In this document: positions 18,147 to 28,186 of the stretch, piece after piece
Layout: every line of letters begins with the position of its first letter
How positions within the stretch are numbered: the first letter of the stretch is position 1
NCBI GenBank assembly: GCA_002726275.1
Contig: PBSO01000025.1
Coordinates: forward strand, 2,147 to 66,146
Length of the DNA stretch: 64,000 nucleotides
Direction: 5' to 3'
DNA from: Methanobacteriota archaeon
Lineage (GTDB): Archaea > Thermoplasmatota > Poseidoniia > Poseidoniales > Thalassarchaeaceae
The notes under the pieces: model-generated
The model's database searches: none
Seen by the model: the letters and a program-made list of their open reading frames with translations, nothing else
Told to the model about the DNA's origin: nothing
Program-made: the position numbers and the translations under genes

Positions 18147-19550
18147 TTACATTGCGTCTGGAGCTAGGAACTCACCTAGCCTATCTGACCAAGCGTCCCT
18201 CTTTTCGGAAATATCAGACAGCCATTCCCCTGCACGGTCTATGCACAGTTGCTTCATCTCCCCTGCAAGCATCCTACCACTCTCGTACTCCCTCCTTATT
18301 TCCAATAGTGCAGAGTCATCCAGCTCAAAGAAGAACTGAAGGTACTGATATGGTATATCTTTAGAGCAATCTCCTCCAAGTCTCCTATGCTCCTCAACTG
18401 TCGACTGGCCTCCACTTATCGCCCTCTTCACCTTCCTAGCCATTTCATCTGCTGAGTCATTCATGAAAATTGTAGTCTCTGGCTTGGATGATGACATCTT
18501 CCCGCCCGTCATGCCAGAAGCGAATCTATGATATGTGGAACAAGGGGGCATTAACCCCATTCCACCGAGCTCCCTCTCCAAGGCCAATAATGCCATTCTC
18601 ATAGGTGCCCTGTCTTCAATCGTAGCTGCAGGGATTTCCAGTGTCCCATGCTTGGGATTGGCATTCATGTCAGCGAAACCCAGTGACGCCACCACACCTG
18701 AGATACGGCTGAAAATACGATCCCGGGTTTCACGGTCTATCCTGCCATCATCACCTACTCCTAGTAATCGGGCATTATCATCCTGAACTGAAAGGGCGAC
18801 GGTGAGCCCCCCTGATTTCCGTGGTTTGATGTTGAACCAGTGAGTTTTGCCGACGATATCCCTTGTTAGTCTAAGGTGCGGGTCTTGATCTATACCGACA
18901 GGGACCACTATCGGCCTCAATCCCCCATATTCATCAAGCTGGGGATGGATAATGTCTCCCACTTGAACGAGGGGGGCTTGCACATGGGCCAGATTAGTCT
19001 CTCCTGAGAATCCATAGATTGATTCAAACTCAGATAGATTAGTTCTGCGCCCTAGCATGAATCCTAGTCTCTGCACATCGGGCCTAGAGCTCTGGAAGTA
19101 TACGCTTGTAGAGTCTGGGTCGAGTCCGAGAGCAGCGTAGTTGTGTATGTACTCATTGATCGCCTTCTCCCTGCCCGAACCTAGTGAAGTACCCCTAGTT
19201 GCCATGGCTTCAAGGTCTGCCACGGCCACGGTGATATCGGCACCTTGCTCCTGAAACCATCTTACTTGCTCGATTACCATGCTATGCCCGAGGTGCATCC
19301 TACCGCTTGGCATGAGTCCGGTTAGCACCCCCAAGGGAGATTTATCCCTGATAGATCGGAGAGCGACATCGAGATCCCTATGCGCGAAAACGATGCCTCG
19401 ACGGTGCAGCATACCGGGATTGGGGATGGTCGATCGGTCTACCATGTCAAGTCCGAACTTTTCCACTATCCTGGAGTAGTCAGTCTCATCATCCGAAGAC
19501 CATGGGTCGATTAGGCCATCTCCTGCCATGGTACGTGGCCGGTGGTCCAC
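18147..19550 (-). CDS. trpS: tryptophanyl-tRNA synthetase (archaeal/eukaryotic type)
   Basis: N-terminal IDPWSSDDETDYSRIVEKFGLDMVD (TrpRS-specific lead-in), HIGH-class motif GLMPSGRMHLGHSMV, KMSKS variant GKMSSSKPE. 467 aa including an insertion. Confidence 0.75.
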   Translation of the reverse strand: MDHRPRTMAGDGLIDPWSSDDETDYSRIVEKFGLDMVDRSTIPNPGMLHRRGIVFAHRDLDVALRSIRDKSPLGVLTGLMPSGRMHLGHSMVIEQVRWFQEQGADITVAVADLEAMATRGTSLGSGREKAINEYIHNYAALGLDPDSTSVYFQSSRPDVQRLGFMLGRRTNLSEFESIYGFSGETNLAHVQAPLVQVGDIIHPQLDEYGGLRPIVVPVGIDQDPHLRLTRDIVGKTHWFNIKPRKSGGLTVALSVQDDNARLLGVGDDGRIDRETRDRIFSRISGVVASLGFADMNANPKHGTLEIPAATIEDRAPMRMALLALERELGGMGLMPPCSTYHRFASGMTGGKMSSSKPETTIFMNDSADEMARKVKRAISGGQSTVEEHRRLGGDCSKDIPYQYLQFFFELDDSALLEIRREYESGRMLAGEMKQLCIDRAGEWLSDISEKRDAWSDRLGEFLAPDAM

Positions 19551-19621
19551 TCAATCAAGTCATCGCTGAAAATTGAACTGAAATTGCCGACCGAAGGGGC
19601 AATAGAGGTGAGCAAGCAGGA

Positions 19622-20701
19622 TTGGCCATGGCTGTTGTACACTGCTTCGGAGCTGGACTAGTGGGCTCGTTCGTCGCAAGGACCCTGGCTGACAGGGGCC
19701 ACGATGTGCACGTACACGATATTGACCCGAACAACGGAAAAATTGTGGGACACTCGAATATTGCCCTCCACTCGGGAGATGCATTGGAAACTGACCTTGC
19801 TGATTTCGGACACGTCGACATCGTAGTGAATATGCTCCCGGGCGACATTGGTCACGCACTAACCACAAACCTGGCTGAAGAAGGCGGTTTCCCGACCGTG
19901 GACCTTAGCTTCAGTGAGCATACCCCAGACCGTGATGACGAGAAGGCTAGGGACTGGGGGGGCAGGATACTCTGGGATGTAGGAATTGCGCCGGGCCTGT
20001 CCAACATGCTTTTGGCCGAGGCATACAGGGTTCTGGGGCCATTGAAAAGAGCGGAGGTTAGGGTTGGAGGAAATCCCACTGGGCCAACAGGGGGATGGAA
20101 CTACATGGCGCCATTTTCCCCTAGGGACGTAATTGCAGAATACACCCGGCCAGCGAGAGTTGTGAGAGACGGCGAAGAAGTAACCCTTCCCGCACTTTCT
20201 GAGAGACACAAAATAGATGTCCCAGAAAGGGGGGAGATGGAGGCCTTCCTCACAGATGGGTTACGTTCGGTTTTGAATTCCATTCCCGTGCTAGACATGT
20301 CGGAGTACACCGTAAGGTGGCCCGGCCATATTCAGAAATTCATTGATGAGAGGGATGCAGGCACACTCGACGAGGACGAGTTGCTTCACGAGTGGTGGTT
20401 CAATCCGAAAACCCCCGAGTTCACATGGCTGGAGGTAGTGGCAACCGATCATTATGGGAATGTCATGAGGTGGGAAGTTAGTGACTATGGTGGGGATGAC
20501 GGTTCATCGATGGCACGTACCACTGGGCTAGTTACCGTAGGATGCATAGAGGCGTGGCTCAGTGACCCGGAGATGCTTCCCCCGGGGGTTCATGCGCCAG
20601 AGAGCCTTTCCACGCCAGTAGTTAGGGGGATTGTCGAGCTAATGAGGGCTAACGGGATCGATATTAGCGGCCCAGAAATCGGAATTCCGATAGGTAATTA
20701 G
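19622..20701 (+). CDS. saccharopine dehydrogenase-like NAD(P)-binding oxidoreductase
   Basis: Rossmann N-terminus VVHCFGAGLVGSFVARTLADRGHDVHVHD and overall length and pattern are consistent with the Sacchrp_dh/LOR family. Confidence 0.45.
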   Translation: MAMAVVHCFGAGLVGSFVARTLADRGHDVHVHDIDPNNGKIVGHSNIALHSGDALETDLADFGHVDIVVNMLPGDIGHALTTNLAEEGGFPTVDLSFSEHTPDRDDEKARDWGGRILWDVGIAPGLSNMLLAEAYRVLGPLKRAEVRVGGNPTGPTGGWNYMAPFSPRDVIAEYTRPARVVRDGEEVTLPALSERHKIDVPERGEMEAFLTDGLRSVLNSIPVLDMSEYTVRWPGHIQKFIDERDAGTLDEDELLHEWWFNPKTPEFTWLEVVATDHYGNVMRWEVSDYGGDDGSSMARTTGLVTVGCIEAWLSDPEMLPPGVHAPESLSTPVVRGIVELMRANGIDISGPEIGIPIGN

Positions 20702-21798
20702 TTCGAATCATTGTCCATTTCAACTATCTTCCTAATTGCTATCGGTACTGCGGCTAGTACTCCCAAGGCGATAACTGGAAGGGCCCAATTAATTGGGTCC
20801 ACGGAAGGTCTCTCTATCAGCCACGTGAACGTCAGCTCCGACTCCTGGAAATCTGAAGACCACTGAAACAAGTTTGTTGTGTGGTGACCCACGACAGTCA
20901 CGGCATGGTGTAAATTGTTGAAAGTGACCATTGGGGTTGACGTGACAGAGTTTGTCTCATCCTCCAACAGTATGCTGACGGAAGATCCGGGCATTATGGA
21001 GATAATTGCCCCAGATTCGGCCTCCCTCCATCCCTCCATCAGCTTGCGATCGCTCGAACTTATCTTGGGAAAATCTGTCCCCGAATCGAATTTTACCTCT
21101 GAAACTGAGCCGTCAAATTGAATGTTAACTGAACCGGGAACTTCCCATTGTGAATCACTAGAATCTAGTGATACGACTATTCGCCCATCCTCGTTTTTCA
21201 CTTCTATCGCGGAGCTGGATTGCTGGTGGAAATGCCACTCGCCCCATGTGGTAAGCCATACTTCCTGATCCTCCAACCATGACATAGCGTCCTTATCTTC
21301 CCTTACTTTCAGATCGTCTATTCGAGCCCTCCACCAGATGCTCACCAGTGTGTCTTTCTCCGCTGATTCCAATAGGCCTAGGTTAGCTGAGTTCTTCTCA
21401 AGACTACCCCCATTCCTAGAGAAAACTGTCAAGTCATCGGGAGCCTTGGAAATCATGTCGCCGACTATGAGAAATCCTGAATCGAGAAGTGATTGGGAAG
21501 TCGCATCATCAACATTGTCTCCAGGAATTCCAAATGATACTGGATTTTCACCCCACCTCGATGAATCTGAAAGACCAGCCAAGTAATCCCTGCACCCCTC
21601 AATTACCCAGTTCTCCTCAATTGTCGAAATGCCCTCGAAACCATGGCATCCGAACTCATCGCCGTTCTCCAGCCTCTCTGGTCCAATCAAATTCTTCAAC
21701 CATCCATCATCGGACCATTCGCCTACCACACTCGGCGCAGTAACGGGGACGATAAGTATGGATGCCAATACAATGGCCACTGCAATGCGTCCCCGCAT
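20698..21798 (-). CDS. secreted hypothetical protein with signal peptide and C-terminal TM anchor
   Basis: Start placed at MRGRIAVAIVLASILIVPVTAPSVVGEW (signal peptide) rather than the upstream ORF start 22017. C-terminal PVIALGVLAAVPIAIRKIV hydrophobic anchor. Confidence 0.4.
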   Translation of the reverse strand: MRGRIAVAIVLASILIVPVTAPSVVGEWSDDGWLKNLIGPERLENGDEFGCHGFEGISTIEENWVIEGCRDYLAGLSDSSRWGENPVSFGIPGDNVDDATSQSLLDSGFLIVGDMISKAPDDLTVFSRNGGSLEKNSANLGLLESAEKDTLVSIWWRARIDDLKVREDKDAMSWLEDQEVWLTTWGEWHFHQQSSSAIEVKNEDGRIVVSLDSSDSQWEVPGSVNIQFDGSVSEVKFDSGTDFPKISSSDRKLMEGWREAESGAIISIMPGSSVSILLEDETNSVTSTPMVTFNNLHHAVTVVGHHTTNLFQWSSDFQESELTFTWLIERPSVDPINWALPVIALGVLAAVPIAIRKIVEMDNDSN

Positions 21799-21877
21799 GG
21801 ACCGTGGACCGCAAAGAAAGCAATGAACGCTTTCATGGAACTGCAAAGAGTGAAACGCGATTGGTAGACGTACGTAC

Positions 21878-22654
21878 GTGGCAGAACTCTCCGGGGAGTC
21901 GTTGAGATCCTTCTCTGAGGGTGTAAAGCTCGAAGGTACTGGAGAAGATTTCAGAGTTCCAATTCTGTACAAATTCCTAGTTAGTTTTCTTTCCCCCATA
22001 GCCAGGTCCCTCTTCAATGTCCACGTTTATGGAATGGAGCGATTACCCAGATCCGGGCCGATGATTCTTGCAAGCAATCACGTCTCAAACCTAGACCCGA
22101 TATTCAAAATTATGGCAGCTAGGAGGGAGGTTTTCTATCTGGCGAAGGAGGAGCACTTCCAGAAACAGCCCAATCGATTCATAATGAAGAGCAATGGAAT
22201 GATTGAGACTTTCAGAGAAACAGGAGGGAGGGATGCACTGGCAAGAGCCTCTGACGTCCTATCCGCAGGACTGCCCGTCGGGGTTTTCCCAGAAGGCACT
22301 AGGTCGAGGAGTGAGGCACCCCCCTTCCTTCAGCCGGGGAAGACAGGAGTGGCTAGATTATCAGCACGATTCCCCGAAGTACCGGTTTTCCCAATTTGCG
22401 TAATCGGGACTAGGGCAGTCATGCCTCCGGGTAGAAACTTAATCAAATTCTGGAAGAGGGTAGATGTCCATATCGGAAACCCCATTATTTTCTCAGAATG
22501 GTTGTCGAGTCCCGAGGGTGGATCTTTCAGTGATGATGAAATTTCGAGCCTGGTGTCTCTAGATGAACATGGTCAAAGATCAATCAAGAAGGCATTGTTC
22601 AGAAAGTACACGGACCAACTAATGGGGACCCTCAAAATGATGGGCGCTCCGTAG
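21878..22654 (+). CDS. plsC: 1-acyl-sn-glycerol-3-phosphate acyltransferase (PlsC family)
   Basis: Acyltransferase motifs LASNHVSNLD (H-x4-D), FYLAKEE, VGVFPEGTRSRS (motif III), VPVFPICVIGT. Confidence 0.7.
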   Translation: MAELSGESLRSFSEGVKLEGTGEDFRVPILYKFLVSFLSPIARSLFNVHVYGMERLPRSGPMILASNHVSNLDPIFKIMAARREVFYLAKEEHFQKQPNRFIMKSNGMIETFRETGGRDALARASDVLSAGLPVGVFPEGTRSRSEAPPFLQPGKTGVARLSARFPEVPVFPICVIGTRAVMPPGRNLIKFWKRVDVHIGNPIIFSEWLSSPEGGSFSDDEISSLVSLDEHGQRSIKKALFRKYTDQLMGTLKMMGAP

Positions 22655-22702
22655 ATTGGCCGCCGCATCCTTGATGTACTTCCCTCACAACGAAAGAGGG
22701 AA

Positions 22703-23497
22703 ATGCAGCAATACCTCGACTTCCTGAATAGGATATTGGATGATGGAGTTGACAAAGGTGATCGTACGGGTACGGGGACTAAGTCCGTCTTTGGCCACCA
22801 AATGAGGTTTGATCTTTCCGAGGGGTTTCCTGCCATAACCACAAAGAAAGTGCATTGGCCCAGCATCATTCATGAATTACTATGGTTCCTATCTGGGGAA
22901 ACAAACATAGAATATCTCCAGGAGAATAAAGTTAGAATTTGGAATGAGTGGGCGGATGAAGATGGTAATCTAGGGCCTGTTTACGGGAAACAATGGAGGA
23001 AATGGGAAGGCACGGATGGGCAGGTAATTGACCAAATTGAGGGAGCAGTAGAGATGATAATGAGCAATCCTGACAGCAGACGCATCATAGTTTCCGCGTG
23101 GAATGTTGGAGAGTTGGGGGAAATGGCCCTAATGCCGTGCCATGCATTCTTCCAGTTCTACGTGAATGATGGCCGACTTTCATGCCAACTCTACCAAAGG
23201 AGTGCGGATGCATTTCTAGGAGTTCCTTTCAACATCTCATCTTACAGCCTCCTAACTTGCATGATGGCCAGAGTTTGTGGCTTGGAGCCTGGAGAATTTG
23301 TCTGGACTGGAGGGGATTGTCACCTTTACCTGAATCACCTAGATCAAGCAAGAGAGCAGGTCTCCAGGGAGCCGAAGAGGCTTCCAAATCTTGTTTTGGA
23401 TCCTGACGTCACTTCAATTGACGGCTTTGCATTTGAGCATATATCAATTGAGGGGTACGAGCACCACCCCCATATTCCTGCTCCCATATCGGTTTGA
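22703..23497 (+). CDS. thyA: thymidylate synthase
   Basis: [68 protein letters not shown] ... [13 protein letters not shown] (active-site Cys in PCH). Near-canonical ThyA. Confidence 0.9.
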   Translation: MQQYLDFLNRILDDGVDKGDRTGTGTKSVFGHQMRFDLSEGFPAITTKKVHWPSIIHELLWFLSGETNIEYLQENKVRIWNEWADEDGNLGPVYGKQWRKWEGTDGQVIDQIEGAVEMIMSNPDSRRIIVSAWNVGELGEMALMPCHAFFQFYVNDGRLSCQLYQRSADAFLGVPFNISSYSLLTCMMARVCGLEPGEFVWTGGDCHLYLNHLDQAREQVSREPKRLPNLVLDPDVTSIDGFAFEHISIEGYEHHPHIPAPISV

Positions 23498-23519
23498 GGT
23501 GTTTTATTTGAAGATCGTA

Positions 23520-24014
23520 ATGATTGTGGCAATGGATGAAGACGGATTCATCGGCAAGGGTAACGGACTTCCTTGGAATATGCCCAGCGACATGTCGAGA
23601 TTCAAGAGTCTAACAATAGGTGATGGATTCAATTCCGTTGTTATGGGAAGAAGGACCTGGGACTCCCTTCCAGACTCATTCAGGCCCCTTCCTGAGAGGG
23701 TAAATATCGTCATGTCTAGGGATACTTCTTGGAGTGAGGAGGGGGCCGAGACCGCATTATACATTGGCAGGGCAATTGAGCTTGCTTTCGCGGAAGGTAG
23801 TGATGAATTATGGGTCATTGGGGGTGCTGAGATATACTCCATGTTCCTTGATAGGGTAGAAGAAATTCATATTACCACAGTTCAAACCAACGATAGTGGA
23901 GAGATCTCATTCCCGTCATGGGACAAGGCCCTCTGGGAAGAGACTGTGATGGAGGTCCCCGATTCACCGGGTGACGACTTTCCATCTTCATACTCCATAT
24001 GGAAGCGGATTTGA
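23520..24014 (+). CDS. folA: dihydrofolate reductase
   Basis: MIVAMDEDGFIGKGNGLPWNMPSDMSRFKSLTIGDGFNSVVMGRRTWDSLP...VNIVMSRD...LWVIGGAEIY is the DHFR signature. Immediately downstream of thyA. Confidence 0.8.
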   Translation: MIVAMDEDGFIGKGNGLPWNMPSDMSRFKSLTIGDGFNSVVMGRRTWDSLPDSFRPLPERVNIVMSRDTSWSEEGAETALYIGRAIELAFAEGSDELWVIGGAEIYSMFLDRVEEIHITTVQTNDSGEISFPSWDKALWEETVMEVPDSPGDDFPSSYSIWKRI

Positions 24015-24428
24015 ATGGACCTGCGAGGAGTTCTGTCTACTGCCGGTGGTGCCTTTTTCATATATGTTGGAATAATGCATTTCACAGATACGAGTTGGTT
24101 CGAGCCAATCGTACCACCCGTATTGGGTTCTGCTACGTTCTGGGTTCTGGCGAGTGGAGTAGTGGAAGTGCTAGTGGGTATTGGACTGATTATTCCCAGA
24201 ACCAGAGAGATATCCGGTTACGCTAGCGCGACACTCCTGGTCCTATTGTATCCTGCCAACCTGTACATGTGGGTATTCGATGTTGAGCTTGGCGATGGGG
24301 CTTCACTTTCTCCGACTGGGCATGTGGTTAGGTTGATGCTGCAGATCGGGGGCATCATTCTGAGCCTTTGGATCGCAGGATACCTCCCTCGGGAAGTTGA
24401 TTCATTCTATGACGAAGAATTCAGCTAA
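24015..24428 (+). CDS. small membrane protein (DoxX-like, 4 predicted helices)
   Basis: 137 aa. Start ATG overlaps the folA stop (tgaATG). Helices AFFIYVGIMHF, ATFWVLASGVVEVLVGIGLII, ASATLLVLLYPANLYMWVF, QIGGIILSLWIAGYL. Confidence 0.35.
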   Translation: MDLRGVLSTAGGAFFIYVGIMHFTDTSWFEPIVPPVLGSATFWVLASGVVEVLVGIGLIIPRTREISGYASATLLVLLYPANLYMWVFDVELGDGASLSPTGHVVRLMLQIGGIILSLWIAGYLPREVDSFYDEEFS

Positions 24429-25886
24429 GTCCCCCTCAGATTCGAAAAGGCTGGGGCCGCTCCCCAGGTAGTAGACAGAACCCCTGCCATCCCTAGAGTC
24501 CTCGGCGCTGGAATTATTATTCGTTGCACAAGAACCTGTACAACCATCGGCAAAGGCGACATAAACGCGCCCTTCTCTGTCTATATGTAAGTCATTGAAA
24601 TCGAGAAGGTTCCTGTTTGAACCACCGATATCACGGCAATCCCCACTATTGAGGCAGATGCTCCCCATCTGTACTGGATCGTCAGTCACCCTCATGGTGT
24701 GAAATACAGGATTGGAATCTAAAGCATTGAGACTGTAGGTAATATAGAGATGGTAGGTTACATTGTTCGGTGCATAGTGAGCATTGCCACCCCAAGGGTT
24801 ACCATCGATATCTGACTGATTTAGCATCTCAGAATTCTCACTCCCAAGGTACATTATTGCAATCCTTCCTGGGTCACCAGCATCGGTTTGTGGAAATACC
24901 GATGAGATGACTTCAATCGGAGATATCCGGATACTCTCTTGTTCCCATGTTTCACCGGAGTCGGTTGAACGAGACATGTAGACTCCCTCATCAGCACCTG
25001 TCCATACATGATATGCATTAGAGGCAGAATCTGTCGAGACTTCTGAATTCTTGCGAGGGTAGGGTGTAGAGACATCTTCTCCCATCGTTCTCTGGAACCA
25101 TGAGAATCCATTGTCCTTGGAAACGATGACTGTGGGAGTCTCTACCCTGGGAGTGACGTATACCGTTCCATCAGGAGCGGTGGAAATCGCCCCATGAAGG
25201 CCTCCGTTGGTGGTTGCGAGACCGAAAATCTGCCCCCCAGCATCGAAGGTCGCGCCCCCATCAAAACTTGTGAAGCAGAAAATACCGGCTAATTTATTGT
25301 AGCAATAATATACCGCAGTTTCGTAGAAACTCGAAGTGAATTGTCCCAACGCACCATATCCTTCACTGGTCCAAGGACCGCTTGCTAATTTGATGTGATC
25401 ATTGATTGGAGTAGTTCCAGAATCATGTGGATTGCCTAGCCAAGAGTCGCCATCATCATCACTCCAACATATCCATGACGTCTCAAGGCCAATCATCTGC
25501 ACGTTGAAGATGCGGTCAGTGATTGGATCGACCCAACCATAAGGATCGCTGGTAGTAGGGGAGCACTGTATTGGATCTTGCGTCTCCTCCCATGATTGTC
25601 CATGATCGCAAGATCTCATCACTTTCTCCATGGCGATGAAGAAAATGCAACCACTCGAAGTTATGCCGATACTGGGTTCCTTACCAGTCTCCCCCACATC
25701 ACTGAATACGAAACTTAGGGGCAAGGGGGGGACATCAACTGGGAGGCCGCTAGGTCCCGTGACAAAGAAACGTGGTTCTGGAGCTTCTTCATCCCCCTCC
25801 TCGGAGGGCCCTTCATCCAGATGGATGCATCCAGAAATAGTAGTGGTGACCATCAAGAGCGCAATGACTACGGCACCTGTACGCAT
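24402..25886 (-). CDS. BNR/Asp-box repeat lipoprotein (sialidase/glycosyl-hydrolase-like)
   Basis: N-terminal MRTGAVVIALLMVTTTISGC (signal plus lipobox-like Cys). At least four Asp-box repeats S-x-D-x-G-x-T/S-W/F: SCDHGQSW, SFDGGATF, SKDNGFSW, STDSGETW. Confidence 0.55.
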   Translation of the reverse strand: MRTGAVVIALLMVTTTISGCIHLDEGPSEEGDEEAPEPRFFVTGPSGLPVDVPPLPLSFVFSDVGETGKEPSIGITSSGCIFFIAMEKVMRSCDHGQSWEETQDPIQCSPTTSDPYGWVDPITDRIFNVQMIGLETSWICWSDDDGDSWLGNPHDSGTTPINDHIKLASGPWTSEGYGALGQFTSSFYETAVYYCYNKLAGIFCFTSFDGGATFDAGGQIFGLATTNGGLHGAISTAPDGTVYVTPRVETPTVIVSKDNGFSWFQRTMGEDVSTPYPRKNSEVSTDSASNAYHVWTGADEGVYMSRSTDSGETWEQESIRISPIEVISSVFPQTDAGDPGRIAIMYLGSENSEMLNQSDIDGNPWGGNAHYAPNNVTYHLYITYSLNALDSNPVFHTMRVTDDPVQMGSICLNSGDCRDIGGSNRNLLDFNDLHIDREGRVYVAFADGCTGSCATNNNSSAEDSRDGRGSVYYLGSGPSLFESEGDLAEFFVIE

Positions 25887-25940
25887 AGTGCTTCGACTTG
25901 GGGATAGGGCATTTATGTTGCCATAGTGTGAGCCGGGGGT

Positions 25941-26333
25941 TTAGTCTTCGGATTCATACTCAGTAACTCTAATTCCTAAATTGCCCCTTCTGGCCTTTCT
26001 TAGCATTATTTTGTCCATCTTATTGTGAAATTCTGATTCCAAGTCAACTTTCATTGCTAGGGAATGGCCCAATATTAGAATCAACAGGTCAGCTAACTCC
26101 TCGGCTGCCTCGGAATGGGGCTTGCCTTTGGTAATTGCAGCGGATAGCTCTCCCAATTCCTCCACTGTCAATGCTATTCTGTAGCCCATGTCATGACCGT
26201 GGTTTTCTTCGGAAGAAAAGGAATGCTTGTGGTGAAAGGATGCAACCCTTGACATCATAGTCAACCATGAGCCATCGGGTACTGAAGTACCCTCAGCCAA
26301 AATCCAATCTTCTACACTCTCCTTCCTGCCCAT
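25941..26333 (-). CDS. MazG-like nucleotide pyrophosphohydrolase domain protein
   Basis: TVEELGELSAAITKGKPHSEAAEELADLLILILGHSLAMKVDLESEFHNKMDKIMLRKAR fits the MazG/NTP-PPase EExxE...E..D helix pattern. Confidence 0.45.
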   Translation of the reverse strand: MGRKESVEDWILAEGTSVPDGSWLTMMSRVASFHHKHSFSSEENHGHDMGYRIALTVEELGELSAAITKGKPHSEAAEELADLLILILGHSLAMKVDLESEFHNKMDKIMLRKARRGNLGIRVTEYESED

Positions 26334-26390
26334 GCATTGACGAGAAGGGGGTTACACATCAACATAATTCCAGAAACGCGTTAGTGGAGA

Positions 26391-27167
26391 CTAAACATAT
26401 AGGTCGAGTATTGCCAATAGGCACTCCGAAATACTGGCTCTCATGGATGAAGCCATGGAGTCAACCGCATGGTGATCTATCTTCGCTGATGGGTCTCCGG
26501 GCTCTCTTCCCGCTGCCCAATTCGATGAGCAAGAAAGTGCGACATGTGGGACACCTGTTTCGGATACCAGCCTTGACTCAGGTCCGAGGGTCATTCCAAC
26601 TACGTGCGCACCTAGCCGTTCCAAGGCGTCAATCTCCGCAGAACTCTCGAATTGAGGTCCGACACACTGGGCGACAATTAGATTGTCTGGAACGTGCTCC
26701 TGTGATGAGGACAATGCCACCTTGCACGCATCTGAGGCATTCCTGTCAAAAGGGGATGTTCTATCGGCGTGAGTTGCGTCGTCATCATGAAAGGTCCATG
26801 GTCTAATTGAAAGATCCAAAACATCTCCAGAAATTCCAATGATACCTGGAGGGAAATTCTCGATTAACGACCCTACTGAGTTGATACTCAATACGATATC
26901 CGGCTGGCAGCTAATGGCAGCTTGTACATTTGCTCTGTGTTCAATCATGTGAGGCGGAGTTCGGGACGTTCCATCTCCATGATGCCTGTCAATAATTACG
27001 ATGTCACCTGCACCAGTGGAGACAATTGCTGCTGGGACCTGTCCCCAGTCAGTATCGATTCTGACATGTGAAGCTTGAGTGTTCCAAGCGGATGACATCT
27101 CATCCGAGAGTGCGCTCATCCCAGTGCCGCATAGCACCGCTATGCGGGCCATTATATCACTCCTCAA
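26391..27167 (-). CDS. purine nucleoside / 5'-methylthioadenosine phosphorylase (PNP/MTAP family)
   Basis: RIAVLCGTGMSAL (phosphate-binding G-x-G loop), IDRHHGDGTSRTPPHMIEHRANVQAA, SVGSLIENFPPGIIGISGDVLDLS (PNP-family GSL/DxxD region). Confidence 0.6.
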   Translation of the reverse strand: MRSDIMARIAVLCGTGMSALSDEMSSAWNTQASHVRIDTDWGQVPAAIVSTGAGDIVIIDRHHGDGTSRTPPHMIEHRANVQAAISCQPDIVLSINSVGSLIENFPPGIIGISGDVLDLSIRPWTFHDDDATHADRTSPFDRNASDACKVALSSSQEHVPDNLIVAQCVGPQFESSAEIDALERLGAHVVGMTLGPESRLVSETGVPHVALSCSSNWAAGREPGDPSAKIDHHAVDSMASSMRASISECLLAILDLYV

Positions 27168-28068
27168 GTCGGGCTATGAGGTCTGACTTCTTGCCCGAAA
27201 CTGGTTTACCAGCGGCTTTGAGCAATTCCTTCAGTTCCGCGACCTTTAGAGAAGAGTAGTCAACCTCGGAGTCGTCATTATCTTGCTCCTGAGCATTATC
27301 TGCATCTCCCCCGATGGCCTCATCTTCAACCCCATCATCAGATGGTTCTGAAATATCTGCTGAGGCCTCGGCAGCAGCCAAGACATCGGATTCCTCGGCG
27401 ACAGCAGCAGCGTCTGCCCTCTCTTGTGCGTGAATCTCCTCCAGTGTTGGACCGTCGTCAACAACTACTCCGGATTGAATCAATTGGGTCCTTCTAATCA
27501 TTACTGCCCTAATGGGGGTAATCTTGGATGTTCCTTCCTTGATCTTGGCCTCTAATTCGCCATCCATCACTGATTTCTGCATATCGACCCAGGTCGATGA
27601 TGCCCCGGTCTTCAGAATGATGTTTCTTGCAATGGTCCTAATTTCGTTCTTCTGACTAGACTTCGCCCTTTCCCTAGTAATAATCAGGGGCTTGAATCTG
27701 ACATAATATCCGTCCTCTGTTACAATGTCGACAGTGTCGTCAATTTTCCCCCTGTCTCGACGGATTTGTCTTCTAATGTGGTCTTGCATCATCTGGTGAC
27801 CTATGAATTCGGTTAGAGCGTCCGTACCTAGTACATCTACCACCCTGAATCGTATCTTTACATGCATCTTTGAGAAATCCCCATCTAGTTCATTCTGCAT
27901 AATCTCGAAATTCCTCCCGATCAACATCTCTGGCTCCTCGGCCAGGGTCTCACCGATAACTCTGAATGACCATGGATTTCTAGGTGCTCTAATTGAGAAC
28001 CACCTCTTGGACTTCCACTTGTCCCTCTGCCTACGTGCCGCTGCTCTTGCCTTTGCGCCCTTTGCCAT
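27157..28068 (-). CDS. rps3ae: 30S ribosomal protein S3Ae (eS1) with C-terminal acidic linker and SAP domain
   Basis: N-terminal MAKGAKARAAARRQRDKWKSKRWFSIRAPRNPWSFRVIGETLAEEPEMLIGRNFEIMQNELDGDFSK is the canonical S3Ae. Residues ~215-303 are an Asp/Glu/Ala-rich linker. The C-terminus ends LKVAELKELLKAAGKPVSGKKSDLIARLEE (SAP motif). Confidence 0.7.
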   Translation of the reverse strand: MAKGAKARAAARRQRDKWKSKRWFSIRAPRNPWSFRVIGETLAEEPEMLIGRNFEIMQNELDGDFSKMHVKIRFRVVDVLGTDALTEFIGHQMMQDHIRRQIRRDRGKIDDTVDIVTEDGYYVRFKPLIITRERAKSSQKNEIRTIARNIILKTGASSTWVDMQKSVMDGELEAKIKEGTSKITPIRAVMIRRTQLIQSGVVVDDGPTLEEIHAQERADAAAVAEESDVLAAAEASADISEPSDDGVEDEAIGGDADNAQEQDNDDSEVDYSSLKVAELKELLKAAGKPVSGKKSDLIARLEE

Positions 28069-28186
28069 GACAATAACCTCGTACCTCGGGGGCTTCCCCG
28101 CTCGCTAGGCGTGCCGACCTGCCCTTACTATTTGAAGCAAAGCCTCTGGAAAGTGGGCGGCATCCCCTGCGAGGCTTCAAGAAATA

